Positions 14,646-28,709 are shown, counted from the stretch's first letter. The stretch: DNA of 64,000 nucleotides from Octopus vulgaris (GCA_951406725.2 OX597821.1:9734001-9798000); one strand, 5' to 3'. Translations and numbers: made by a program. The notes: generated by a model from the letters alone, not told the origin.

Positions 14646-15202
14646 GATTGTTGACATCCTTTTTGTCTCGGGAGACAATGGAGTTGCGCATAAAGTAGTC
14701 TAGTCCGGCTTTTACATGTCATGTCCTGATACATTTCCTGCTGTGGCTGTGTAGTCCTATCCTGGACAAACACTCTCTCTGGCAGGTACCGCAAATGTAG
14801 CGAAGACTGTTCCTGGCTGGTTGTAATGGCATAGTTTCTTGTTGACGTCTTTTCTTTTCTTTCCATTTCTCCTCTTTCTCTCTGTCACTCCTTTGTATTC
14901 CCTCTTTTACGGTACGTCGCCATTCTCCACGGTTGCCGGCAACAGCCTCCCAATCGCTAATATTGATGCCGCAGGCATTCATGTCCATTTTGCAAACATC
15001 CTTGTAACGTAAGAACGGTCTACCCACAGACCTAGTACCCCTAGCAAGCTCTCCGTGGAGTATGTCCTTGGGAATTCTGCCATCTTTCATACGGCTAACA
15101 TACCCGTATGTCTTTGTGTGAGGAGTGCAAACATGCTTGGTATTCCTGCTTGCCTGAGGACATCTTTGTTAGAGATATGATTCTGCCATTTGATGCGGAG
15201 GA
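14640..15202 (-). mobile_element. RTE-clade LINE 3' fragment
   Basis: RIKWQNHISNKDVL, RMKDGRIPKDILHGEL..G.R..GRP.LRYKD, R.EWR and a C-terminal C2H2 finger (CGTC...IGLHSH), then a short 3' UTR. Confidence 0.88.
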
Positions 15203-16399
15203 TATATATATATATGAATTGATTTGAACTAGATTAAGATCTTAATTATGTATGTCCATAATACTTTATTGTTAATTAACCGTAATTTAAATACTTTAAC
15301 GAATATTCGCAGTGCAAAATTATTGAATGAAGTTTCCTGCAGTTAACTCCATTCTTTGCACAAATAGTGTAATCTAGCCCTAAGAATAGAAATTGATATC
15401 ATTTTATGATGATTGCAGTCTAATCGAAATTATTTTTGCTTCTCTGTTCCTACTTTCTTATCAAGTTCACATACCATAACACTTATTTAATGCATAGGGA
15501 TACAAATACTGATTAGGTTTTAAAACCATTTGATTATATGCGCAAACGTATGCATTATTTATATTCTGCACACACGCGCACACACATACACAAACACATA
15601 CACTTACAAACTTAGAACCCACCCACACACACACAGTCAACATTCTCTCTTCTCTCACATACTCACACATTTTTCTTATCCTTACGTAAAAGCGCACTCT
15701 GTTGGAGATTTCTTGACATAATCGAATTGATCGAGTAAGAAATGAGCGATTTTACGTCTAAATCTTCGAGCTCATTCGCATCTAATCCACAGCGAATGGG
15801 TTGACAAGATACGGGAATTAACTCTTTAATTGAATGGATATGACCAAAAACTAGCGTCTAATTCATTGATTGAACTGTCTCCTATGTGATGGTGATAATT
15901 TAGTCTGATGGAGTCGATGGCAATGCCGTATACTGATAGACATTTCATTGGAATTACCCTAAATTTCAATTATCATTCGTCTCAGAGTTGCAGGATAGAA
16001 TAGCCGACCAAATGTTTCCTCATGACCACTCATCCTTAATATTGTCGAACAACAGTCGGATGACAGGTAATGGAAGTCTCGATATGATGTGAAATGAAGT
16101 CGTTGGTGTTTATAAAATTAAATATGTGATTCTAATGGTTCTGCCCGTGAACCAAAGTCGTTATTCATCGAATACTGAATGTTGGCGCAAGCCAACAGCT
16201 GCAATGCTTTTAGCAAATGATTGCTATATATCGAGATTGTAAGCAGAAAACAGATGGAGGTTGTCTAAAGATATATCGTTCCAGAACACAAAAGGACAAG
16301 AAGAAATTGTCTAAACCAATTAGTGTTTGATATTGATTTAATCAAAGCAAGACTGCATAATAACACTTTTTTGAGATATATCGGTTTGAATAAATTTAC

Positions 16400-16690
16400 T
16401 TTGCAGAAATATGAAGGTATTTTCGTATCGTCTGGTAAACCATATTACAAAATAATACAGAAATAATAACCAAAGTAAATCACTTTGGGCGATTCGTTAT
16501 CGCCATTGTTGAAATACCAGCAGGTAGGATTTTCCACCAATGTTACGTATTGTCTGGTTGAAAACTAATACATATAATTTTCAAACGCAACGCACGACAG
16601 TTTGAAATTGCTATAGTTATTTCTGTTGCATCAGGCGCCCACTGCTAATGTAAAGACGAGTTATACAAACTACAGGGAAATTAACAAATT
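16400..16690 (-). mobile_element. Possible highly decayed Helitron Rep fragment
   Basis: Only two short peptides, SGRLMQQ and NIGG..ILPAG, in the order expected for Helitron Rep (GRLFQQ ... G..IILP). Confidence 0.3.
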
Positions 16691-17180
16691 GCAGATCGTC
16701 CACATAGATAGAAAGGCGATATAATTTCTTCCAGAATGTGTAAATCTAACGATAAAGTGGAACACGTTACTCAAGAATAATATAGGAAGCAAACCTCTCA
16801 ATAAGTACACCCAAGACACTTGGACATAAGAAAACATAGTAGCACATAAAAGATAATGCTTGTGAGATCAATGAAATGATAATAGATAAAACGATACTAC
16901 ATATAAGCGTGTGTTGCGTCGGGTTATTTCTATTGCCAAACAGCAACACGAACACCAGACACCACAGTCCTGCATTGTACTTATGTAACTATACTTGCGT
17001 ATCTATCTGTCTATCTGTCTGTCTATCTATCTATCCCCATGTTTCTGTGTGTTTGCATGAATATATATATATATATATACATAGGAGAGTTCACGAAAAA
17101 AACAAAAAACAAAAGACGAAGATAGGTGGTGTACAAAACAAAACAGATGTATTAGTATAACGCTCAGGAATAGAAAATGT

Positions 17181-17216
17181 CTTTTACGTTTCGAGCCTTC
17201 GCTCTTCTACAGAAAG
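17181..17216 (-). ncRNA. Minimal hammerhead motif, A6U core
   Basis: cttt CTGTAGA A GAGC gaag GCTC GAA AC GT A aaag, inside a (TA)n-flanked insert at about 17080-17290. Confidence 0.55.
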
Positions 17217-17284
17217 GGATACAGAGAATAAAAAGAACAAGGAGAGCAAAAAAAAATGTATCGTGGCTATCGATCTATCATGGC

Positions 17285-17327
<43 letters not shown>

Positions 17328-17966
17328 TACATACACGCACAAACACATTAATAGTTAACAGATGATAACCAGAGATTGTCACTATTAGAGGCACTTAGCG
17401 CTCAAACGGTCCAATGTCATACTGCCGTCTAAATTGTGCCAAAACGTCTATTCAATATCTTGGGCTGTCGTGATGTCACCCTCACTACTGACACATTCAA
17501 AGACCATCAGGGTTTTAGGAAACTTGCATTCCATGTATTCAAAGTTAGGTTCATAATGGTAACCCTCGCAATACACGGGTATTTTATCACGCGGTCCTGC
17601 AGTTGCTAGATGAATCCCGGTATGCAGACGTATTCGGAACGCCTGCTATACTACTTCCTGCTTGCTACACCTTCGTAGGCTCCATTGCAACTATCCGTAT
17701 CACGTCTTACAACGATTTCTTTGTTCACAGAGTAAAGAGCAGCAGTCATGTCGCCGGAATTTTGATATCTGGTGCAAAAAATAATAATATACGTAACTCT
17801 TTTTTTTTCCAATCTTCGGATGGTTTGCAGTCCTCCATGTCAGCTAACTTTTTGCCAACTATAACGCCGTTGAGTTTACACTAACATATCAAAGATTTCA
17901 TGAAAAATAATTTTATAAACATCGTCAAGTTATCAAGAACACTGTGTAGGTACGTTTATATATATA

Positions 17967-18806
17967 CTAGCAGAATTGCCCAGCGTTGCTCGGGGCTGAA
18001 TTGCCTGAAAGTACTGTTAATGATTGCACTGAATTATGATGATCATTCAGGCAAATATTGATATAAGTTTACGGTGGGAGATAAGGACTTAACGATCAAA
18101 CGTGTGCCATTGCATTGTTTTGGGGGAACCAAATTTCTGATGAGCATTATAGGGGCACCAACTTTAAGTTTGAGAAAGTGTGGTGGTTATCCGAGGTGCT
18201 CAAAGGAATTGAGTACCTCTATTGGATAGTTGATGACGTCCTCTGGGTCAGGAGTTGTATCGATAGACTGATATACATAGACTTCCCAGGAATGAGTTTT
18301 AGCATTTCATCATTAATATGGTGAACAGTTTTATTCCTTGGGGCCAGTATAGCCTTTTTGCCAATGCAATCCATATTCTGATAATTAGCTTGTAGATCTG
18401 GGAACACTGCATCTCTGAGATCAGAAGGCGTCTTAACAATGGTACAAACGGAATCGATGGCAATATTACCATTTTCATCCCCTGGTATTTTGCCTTCGCC
18501 AAGTGCAAGGAGGGTGTGAGGAAATGCTGCTGATGTGATATTACGTCGCATATGAGCACGCATATTGGTGTGAAGTTTGAGAGTTACTTCCCTTTATTTA
18601 AAAAAAATGCATTAAAATGGAAAAAAATTATGGTAAATTATTTGTAAAATCATAGACTCATTGTAGACGCGCGCTAATACCCAGAAGGGCTCGATATAAA
18701 TCACGACTATAAGATACCCGGTTTTGGTTAAACTGCATCGCAAAATGTGGGAGTAGTTAGGAATCTAAATCGGAGTAGACAGACACACAACCTTTCTTTT
18801 ATATGA
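17967..18806 (-). mobile_element. Non-autonomous Helitron carrying a PIF1 helicase fragment
   Basis: Probable 5' TC at 18806-18805; 3' GC-rich hairpin plus CTAG (17970-17967) followed by T. Internal peptide NMRAH...LL.LGEG...AILAPRN..V..IN..ML..IPG...[27 protein letters not shown] with frameshifts and stops. Confidence 0.85.
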
Positions 18807-18901
18807 TTTTGATTTTGATTTTTCCAGTTTCAGCTAATGAGCTGTGGCCATGCTGGGGCACCGCCATTAAAATAGAAAATTCGACCACGACGAGATATAA
18901 A

Positions 18902-19414
18902 TATTTTCGTCCTAAAAAACTTTGTATGGAGTGAATGGTTACCTCTATGGAAATATATACACACACGTTATACATACATGTGTGCATAGATGAATATATA
19001 AATACATTTATATATCTATATATACTTTTGGGCCATCTTTGTGCTACTTAGAGATAACTTTAGATCTTATTTTCGTCCTAAAAAACTTTGTGCGGAGTGA
19101 ATGGTTACGTCTATGGAAATATACACACACACATTATACATACATCTGTGTATAGATGAATATATAAATACATTTAAATATCTATATACACTTTTGGGCG
19201 ATCTTTCTGCTACTTGTATATACTTTAAATCGTATATTCGTCCTAAAAAACTTTGTATGGAGTGAAAGGTTACCTCTATGGAAATATATACACACACGTT
19301 ATACATATATCTGCGTATAGATGAATTTATAAATACATTTAAATATCTATATACACTTTTGGGCGATCTTTCTGCTACATGGATATAGGTCTTATATTCG
19401 TCCTAAAAAACTTT
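18902..19414. repeat. About 165-bp tandem repeat, about 3.1 copies
   Basis: CGTCCTAAAAAACTTT recurs at 18908, 19074, 19239 and 19399 with homologous sequence in between. Confidence 0.9.
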
Positions 19415-19876
19415 CCTGCCACACACTCACGCACACGCACACACACACACACGCACACACACGCACCCTCACACACACACACACGCACACACACACACTC
19501 ACACACACGCACACACACACGTTAGCTTACAATTTTATTTATATATTTGCGTGTCTATGTGTGTAAAGAGGAAGTGGGAATGCAGAGTGAAAGAGTCACT
19601 CAGTACAAAAAGTGAATTACTTTCACTTTATTTGTTGCACACTGTGTGTGCGTGTGCGTGTGGTGTAGGCCACACTAAGAAAAGCATTTGACTTATACAC
19701 CACAATGTGAGTTTTCTCTAAATTTTGCTTAATTGGGGTTGAAATTTTAAAAACTGGACCTGGCACGATCCGATGCATTCTACTCTTAAAAATGCTAGGT
19801 AAATTGTAATTGAAGAAATCCAATATTGTATATTTCTATAAGATACAAAGGGAGGCAGATAAAATCTGCCTTTTAT

Positions 19877-19937
<61 letters not shown>

Positions 19938-19960
19938 TATACATACATATATACATATAT

Positions 19961-20003
<43 letters not shown>

Positions 20004-20286
20004 TTAGAGACAAAACGACTATTTTGCAAAACAAACAAGGAAATTTTTATTAAAATTTTATGTATTGATTAAGTCTTTCCTTACTAATGTAATATGTAGT
20101 TTTACTTACACTTACATCTATAAATCTTCGGTAGAGTTTGTCAGAAATGCAATTAATTAGATCGATTCGAGCGTCAAAAACACGAGCGGTCCAACCAATT
20201 ACATTTTTAGTTATGTCTCAAATTCCGCGCCAAAAGCATGCCTAGACTCCATTGGAAACGTATGCCGCATCATGCATTTCTGACAA

Positions 20287-20362
20287 ACTCTACCGAAGAT
20301 TTATAGATGTAAGTGTAAGTAAAACTACATATTACATTAGTAATGAAACAATTGTATAGAGT
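20287..20362 (+). ncRNA. Type I hammerhead ribozyme motif, copy 1 (U4C, long stem II)
   Basis: actcta CCGAAGA [T, long imperfect stem II, T] GAA ACAATTGT A tagagt; 6-bp stem I, palindromic stem III, predicted cleavage after GUA at 20356. Confidence 0.75.
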
Positions 20363-20779
20363 CAATCTATTTTATTCGTTGTATTTCACTTTCCTTCCGT
20401 TAAATGTATGTTGATTCTAGTTGGAAACTGATCTTCTGTGGTTGCTTCGGAGCTATTTTTAGCACTAGAGTTATCCACATAGTGGATAACTCTCTAATAA
20501 GTTATGTATAAATTTGTATTTTCTCCGTAGTTTTTTGTGCTAAGCCACTTGGTGTTAAATTAATGGTATTATTAAATTAATATCGATTTTTCACCCTCAT
20601 TTATAATTTTATAAATTTAACTACGCGGCAGTCAATATTTTATTTGATGCGGCATACGTTTCCAATGGAGTCTAGGCATGCTTTTGGCGCGGAATTTGAG
20701 ACATAACTAAAAATGTAATTGGTTGGACCGCTCGTGTTTTTGACGCTCGAATCGATCTAATTAATTGCATTTCTGACAA

Positions 20780-20855
20780 ACTCTACCGAAGATTTATAGA
20801 TGTAAGTGTAAGTAAAACTACATATTACATTAGTAATGAAACAATTGTATAGAGT
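20780..20855 (+). ncRNA. Type I hammerhead ribozyme motif, copy 2
   Basis: Identical to copy 1 by eye; predicted cleavage after 20849. Confidence 0.75.
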
Positions 20856-20994
20856 CAATCTATTTTATTCGTTGTATTTCACTTTCCTTCCGTTAAATGT
20901 ATGTTGATTCTAGTTGGAAACTGATCTTCTGTGGTTGCTTCGGAGCTATTTTTAGCACTAGAGTTATCCACATAGTGGATAACTCTCTAATAAG

Positions 20995-21030
<36 letters not shown>

Positions 21031-23694
21031 GTATATGTAAATACGTATGTGTGCATGCGTGTGTGTGTACATGTATGTATGTATGAATGTATATATATGT
21101 GTAAGGTGTATATGAGTTATATACGCGTCATTTGATTATTCCTATTTAGAGTGCATCGGACTAGAACTAATAATCATACGATTAGAGAAGGATGTTAGTG
21201 AAAATCAATTACACATTCTAGACAAAACGATAAATTCTAAAGAATACAGACCCCGAATCTAGTTTAATAAACTCTTGGAAGTAGTAGCTGAACCATTTTT
21301 CTCTCGTTTCGAAATTAATAATGAAAGGAAATCCTGCATGTCAAAGTCTATGCCACTTCTATAAGATCGGAGATTCCTAAAAACTTTTGGTATAGCTTGG
21401 TATTTTCTTTCGGTATTATTTTTTGCAAAATCCCGTGGTTTACAATGGGAAATATGTTCTACTAACATTGCTCACTGTAGGCTTTTGAGGAAAATACATA
21501 ATATGTGCAACGTAATATTTAAGAGTACCTCAATTGAGAAGTGTTAATGTTGAATGGCATAAAAATTTCCATAATATATAAAGCAAATTTTTATTCCAAT
21601 TATAATTAAATACCAGGGATAAATACATTAGATCCTGCGTATGCTATGTTGAAGTAAATTCGTTAGTCTAGACATAGAGCTTCAATGAAAAGGCAGTCGA
21701 TCTCCATTTCAACATATTACTACATGGTGGCCCAAATGTCATTGATAGGCTTCAATTTTTAATAACTACCTTACCTTTACAGATAAATGCATGAAATTCT
21801 GATGCATTATAAAAGACATAATGGGAATTGATATGCACAAAAGAGGAACCAGAGAGTTCGGGTCTGAAATAGTTTTGGAAATAGTACAGGCGTGCGAAGC
21901 CAAAAATTGCTGCCATTTAAGCGATGTTATTTTTCATATGTGATGTAGTGGTGTTTGAAAATATACATATGCGTTCCCATTATGCCCTTTATATTGTACC
22001 CAATATTTCATTCATTTATTTGTAAAGTCATGGAAGTTTTTAAAAATGGAAACTCAACAGTTACTTTTGGGACACCCTGTTTAAGAACTTCAAAGTTTGC
22101 CCTGGAATTGCCTCATATATTGCGATATTTATCTCTGCGTTGTTGGTCTCAGAATCATTTGACCGCCTTGTTCCATATTAGTATGTCATCGCATTAGTTG
22201 TAAGGAGCTGGTTCAAATTTCTCAAATGCACAGCCTTTATTATACGGTGGAACGATCTATGTACGACAACGAGCTTGACACCACACAACATCCTCAATAA
22301 TTGTGTGTTTTCTATTTTTGACTTTCACTGATTACTTAGTTTGATTAATACATGAATATTCGAGAATGTTGCGGCTCCTTCGGAATGTTCGCAAACTTGT
22401 TGACTCGATACAATCTGCCAAAAGTCCAAGGACATTGTTCAACGGAAGACAAATTAAGTCTAATAACCAATACAATAAGTATCCTTCCAACTGACATCCA
22501 TGTTATTGTCATGACATAGAATCCACCTAGTGTAGCTAATGTTTGAAAAAAAACGTGTTATAGACCCTACTTAACCAATACCGCAAATGTGAGAATTCTT
22601 AAACATACATAACTATTGCATCGACATATATGGTTAAATTGGAACCGTTAGCTTTCGCTAAAATATCTTGATTCACGAACAATGCACGCAATAACACGAT
22701 AAGAATTGCCGCATATACTATAATGTCTTAAGGATCCTATCAGTTATAGGATGTCATCACGAAATATAATTGGTATTATTAAAGTAATTGATAATATTTC
22801 TGCTATGCAAACTAGATTTCCTGCGCACCGTATTCTTTGTCCTCAATAAAAAGAATTACCGTAGACACAAGCCCATTCCATCTTGCATAAATTTAATAAC
22901 ACCTTCAATTACCTTTAAACAGTATTTCCTTCGATTCAAACATACTAACATTCACATAACATAATATCTTCTGAGTATATGACACAACGTAAGTGAGTTA
23001 ATATCAGAAGCATAAAAATGTATTTCCTTCAATAAATATGCAAAGAAATTAAATATCATATAATTGCTTCAAGGGACGTCATACGTTCTGAAAATTAGAT
23101 AACAATTACTATACATATCGAACAGTGAGTTATCAGTTTGTACATGTTGGCATACAATTAAATGCAGAATGTGATTTTCGAACATGCACACACACATACA
23201 CACATATGTGCAAATGCAGACAGAAATGAACATGTGTACACATACACACACACATATATATATACACACATATATATGTGTTCACATGTACACACAGATA
23301 CATACTTGCATGCATACATACATATATGAATATCTGCATTAAAAAATGTGATAGCCTAAAATCGTTATGGAGTAGATATATTGTATAACTTAAAACGCAT
23401 GCTTTTTATGTATCAGATATGTAATTATGCATCATATATGTATTATGTATCATATATGTAATTTCATAGTTTTGAATTTGCATATGAGAAACATTCTCAA
23501 TAGTTAATATCATTTTCCTGTACATGCTATTTAAGTATCTACAACGTTCTTAGTCGTTTTTCTTATCAAATTCTAAGTCAGCTCACATTCTAAAGCATTA
23601 TGATTGAAGTTGTTATTCGCAGGATCCATAATACAGAGAAAGAAAACGCCAAGTATACACAAACATACACACATATGTATAAATATATATATAT

Positions 23695-24404
<710 letters not shown>

Positions 24405-24439
24405 TACATGTGTGTATGAATTAATTGACAATGTATCAA

Positions 24440-25344
24440 TGTATCAATTGATAAGAGAGTGGTAGAAATATTGGTGGATGTGCATGTAATGAGAGGTGAA
24501 TGTGGAGGAGTGGGAGGTTTTTAGGGAGGCAGTAATGAGATATGCATCTAAGTTATGTGGTATACGAGTTGATGAGTTGACAGAGAAGAAAAGGGCCTTT
24601 AAAGAGTGGTTGCAGAAAAAGGATGGAGATGCTACACAGCATCTCCTCTTCACGTCGCTACACAGACGTGAAGAGGAGAGGGAAGGGAGTGGTGACTGTG
24701 GCAAAATGGTTGACGAATGAAATGTTGGAGAAAAAGTTGAGTGAACATTTTGTAAGAAATAAAAATGATATTTTGGAAAGAAGTACAGCGGGTAAGAAAG
24801 GCGGTTGGAAGAAGGGAAGCAAAAATGAAGGATAAAAATGGAAAATTGTTGAAAGGAAGTGAGAACGTACAAAGAAGATGGGCAGCGTATTTTAGTGAGC
24901 TGTTAAATGTGGAGGCTGATACGGAGACAAGTACAGTGGCTGTATGAAGAAAGAGGTGAATGTCTGTTGTTGGAGAATAGACCCACGGTGCAATTGGAAG
25001 AGAGGAGGTGAGGGGATCCTTGCGGGAATTGACAAACCGGAAGGTGCCAGGTATAGCAGTGTAATGCCTAAAAATAGATAGGGTGACAGTGACTGAATGG
25101 TTAGTAAGGTTTACGAATATTTGTTATAAGACTGAAAGAGTATGGAAGGATTGGTGAAGTGCATGTTTAGTGCTACTGCACAACGGAAAAGGGAATAGAT
25201 ATGAGTGTGGAAATTTTATGTGTATAACTCTGTTGTGTGTAGTTGTATGCGAGTATTATGTTTGTATGAGTGAGAAATCAGAAAGGGAGTGTGCTACGAG
25301 AGAAACAGTGCGGTTTTAAGAGTGGAAGTGGGCGTGCTGATCAA

Positions 25345-25345
<1 letters not shown>
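24440..25345 (+). mobile_element. Degenerate RTE-type LINE fragment (tether to RT N-terminus)
   Basis: VEEWEVFREAV, FWKEV, KDKNG.LL.....V.RRW..YF.ELLN, KG.R.ECGN...ITLL and KQCGF.SG....DQI, with stops and frameshifts. Confidence 0.75.
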
Positions 25346-25375
<30 letters not shown>

Positions 25376-25419
25376 TAGATAATATATATATACATATATA
25401 TATATATACATATACATAG

Positions 25420-25457
<38 letters not shown>

Positions 25458-25963
25458 GATAATATATATATATACACATATACATAGGTAATATATGTAT
25501 GTATGTATGTATGCATATATATATAATATAAAGTTATATCTTGAGGGACAACAACGCTCAAGATATACAACGGGCTGGAAATAGAAGGGCTCCAATGAGC
25601 TGTATACACTTTTTATCCAAGAGGAGGCAATGCGAGCAACAGCCACAGAACATCAGGAAATTCAAAGATAGACCAAAAACATACAAATCTTATATACTAC
25701 TTTATATCTAAACAGTCTGACATTTTAAAAATTTCTTAAATTCAGTAAAATGTAATTATCATATACAAATAAAAATATAAATGTAAATATAAATTTGGCA
25801 CATAACACGCTTAAAACTGTTAGAATAAGGGAAATAAATATAATGCAATGAAATAAAAATATGGCATATCAAAAGACGAATAAAATTCCGGCGAATAGTA
25901 CATAAAGTATAATGTACTATAATCCATATACAAGCTTACAAAAATATAAGATATACAGAAGTC

Positions 25964-26056
25964 CATCTACGGGCCGTTTCGAGGATGTGCCAATTAATAT
26001 TAGACATATCAGTACTTACAATAGTACTTACAATTGGCACTCCCCTCATTAGGATG
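25964..26056 (-). ncRNA. Type I hammerhead motif with long stem II and G5A lesion
   Basis: catc CTAATGA GGGGAGTGCCAATT...AATTGGCAC(A)TCCTC GAA ACGGCCCGT A gatg. Confidence 0.65.
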
Positions 26057-26538
26057 TCCTATAAAACACATATAAAACATGAACAAATACACAATCACAT
26101 ACCGCTCATTCTCAGAACACGGCATTTACGTACTCCCATTCCGTCGATCTTGAATGGGACTTTATAGGCATACAATTCGATCCAGCCGCCATAGTAAATT
26201 GTATGCACACAGCGCCATCTGGACCATTTCACTTCAGCGCTTAATTTATTTTATTTTATTTTATTTCAATTTTATAAATTCTCCCATACAGGCAAAGCCA
26301 CATATTCAGGTTCGAGTCCTTGACTAATAGCTATAACTAATAGACTATAACGAAATAAATACATAAACATTTTCTCACCAAAATCATTTTACTATTGTAT
26401 CCGTTCTAAATTAGAGATGCTGCGGTCGTACATGATAACGACAGCACTTTATGAATAATACAACCATCCACAACATGAATAATAAGAATAACAATAAAAA
26501 GAAATTCAGAGAAAGCAATCTACAAATGAAAGACTCAC

Positions 26539-26907
26539 CTGTAAATAAAGGAATATTTTACACATCACCTCTCCAAAGAACCAAGTTTCTGATACATCAA
26601 CAAGCAAGGACGAAGGTAGGCAGATCAATATCACCATAAAATCGGCAATAGCTAGATTCATGATGAACAAGTTGGTGACAGTTCGCATCTGGCTGTTTTT
26701 GATGACTGCATAACATACGAGAAAGTTACCAACCAAGCCTACTATGAACAGGATGATGAAGATTACGACTAGAATCCATTCACCTGCGTTCGGTTGCACA
26801 TGCTGTTCGACCATATTTATATAATCTTCGTCCGACAAACAGTATGCATTATAACAAGGTGCAGTTGATGATTCGTCTGACTGCACATCTTCTGTCGAAT
26901 TATCCAT
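26539..26907 (-). CDS. First coding exon of an allatotropin/orexin-receptor-like class A neuropeptide GPCR (N-terminus, TM1, TM2, start of TM3)
   Basis: Translation MDNSTEDV...YCLSDEDYINMVEQHVQPNAGEWILVVIFIILFIVGLVGNFLVCYAV..MRTVTNLFIMNLAIADFMVILICLP..VDVSETWFFGEVMCKIFLYLQ has TM1 GN, TM2 NLAxAD and ECL1 WxFGxxxC. The N-terminal C..DEDY..M...V.P...EW pattern matches allatotropin/orexin receptors as I recall them. It ends at a phase-0 donor CAG|GTGAGT (intron starts 26538). Candidate acceptors lie upstream of the ATG (exon start 26934 or 26920), implying an upstream non-coding exon. Confidence 0.9.
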
Positions 26908-27085
26908 GTTGATGAAGAATCTAGAGAAAAATCGCTGAAATTAAAGTTAAAATTTAACATTAAAATTTATGATTATCGTCATTGAAGTCGTACATAATTG
27001 CGTACATATATATATGCACACATATAATATATATATATATATGTGTTTGTGTGTGTATAAATATATATATGTATATATATATATG

Positions 27086-27148
<63 letters not shown>

Positions 27149-27231
27149 GTATATATATATATGTATATATATATATATGTATATATATGTATATATATAT
27201 GTATATATATATATATGTATATATATATGTG

Positions 27232-27266
<35 letters not shown>

Positions 27267-27305
27267 GTATATATATGTATATATATGTATATATGTATAT
27301 ATATG

Positions 27306-27356
<51 letters not shown>

Positions 27357-27697
27357 GTATATATCTAACATAGGATAAAATTTTTCGAAAAAGATTTTCT
27401 CAATGGCCAGTATATTCAAAAATACCTTTAAAGGTTACATTTCTAAACAACTTATAAACAAGGGCAAAAGAGAAAAATTCTGATGCTAAATATGCCGAAA
27501 ATAGACAAATTAACAATAACCATATAATTTATCTCTATAAACACGCGTCTGTCAGTAAGCCGACAGAAATTTCTAAAAAATTCCGTTATTATCGTACCGG
27601 TCCTCCAAAATTCCGTTATTAGCGTATCGGTCCAATATAAGGTGTATACATGTATGTAAGTTTGTATGTATGTATGTATGCATATATGTATGTATGC

Positions 27698-27844
<147 letters not shown>

Positions 27845-28121
27845 AAAGAAAACTTTATAAGGCAGAATGCTCAATTGAAAGTAAATTTTAATAAAAATGG
27901 GTGTATGGAAAATTAAAAAAAGAAACAATAATAAATCATACCGGTTTTCCTGGCAAAGCAAAGTTTAAAGATTTAGAAGGGGAAATGAATGTTTTTAAAT
28001 TGGAGAAGAGGAGAAAAGAAATTTACAATGTATATTTCAAAACCTCACCATTTTCTGACTTATATATATATACATATACGCATATATACATACATATATA
28101 TTATACACACACACATATATA

Positions 28122-28161
<40 letters not shown>

Positions 28162-28186
28162 CATATATATACTCTTTTTTTTACTC

Positions 28187-28501
28187 TTTTTACTTGTTTC
28201 AGTCATTTGACTGCCGCCATGCTGGAGCACCGCCTTTAATCGAGCAACTCGACACCGGGACTTATTCTTTTGTAAGCCTAGTACTTATTCTATCGGTCTC
28301 TTTTGCCGAACCGCTAAGTAACGAGGACATAAATACACCAGCATCGATTTTCAAGCGATGTTGTGGGGCACAAACACAGACACACAAACACACACACGCA
28401 TATATATATATACATATATACGACGGGCTTCTTTCAATTTCCGTCTACCAAATCCACTCACAAGGCTTTGGTCGGCCCGAGGCTATAGTAGAAGACACTT
28501 G
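28187..28501 (-). mobile_element. SINE family A, head missing
   Basis: Reverse complement of the 55808-56202 body and tail. Confidence 0.85.
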
Positions 28502-28510
28502 CGTATATAA

Positions 28511-28575
<65 letters not shown>

Positions 28576-28674
28576 CGGTTAATCCAAACGAGAAAACAGA
28601 AAAAACAACAACAGAAGGAGGTGGAACAATTAAAGTATTATTATTAGGCGCTCAGGAAAATGGGAAGAAGGAGG

Positions 28675-28709
28675 GTATGAAGTTTCGAGCGGAGCTCTTC
28701 GTCGGAAAC
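28675..28709 (-). ncRNA. Minimal hammerhead motif, U4C core, damaged stems I and III
   Basis: gttt CCGACGA A GAGC tcc GCTC GAA AC TT C atac; flanks homologous to 13700-13850. Confidence 0.5.

Larger units (their letters stand above)
20081..20998 (+). mobile_element. Non-coding PLE/retrozyme-like element: 233-bp direct repeats plus an upstream 192-bp inverted copy
   Basis: 20273-20505 equals 20766-20998 (period 493); 20081-20272 is the reverse complement of 20645-20836; flanked by (TA)n. Confidence 0.85.

Noticed and set aside
18902-19414. Regularly spaced repeats resembling a CRISPR array
   Set aside because: The intervening sequences are homologous to each other, the context is eukaryotic and there are no cas genes
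20236-20266. GGAAACGTATGC as a possible opposite-polarity hammerhead in the 493-nt unit
   Set aside because: The upstream sequence TGCCTAGACT does not fit any core variant
26506-26538. C-terminal VSLSFVDCFL of the GPCR ORF
   Set aside because: Read-through past the GTGAGT donor into the intron
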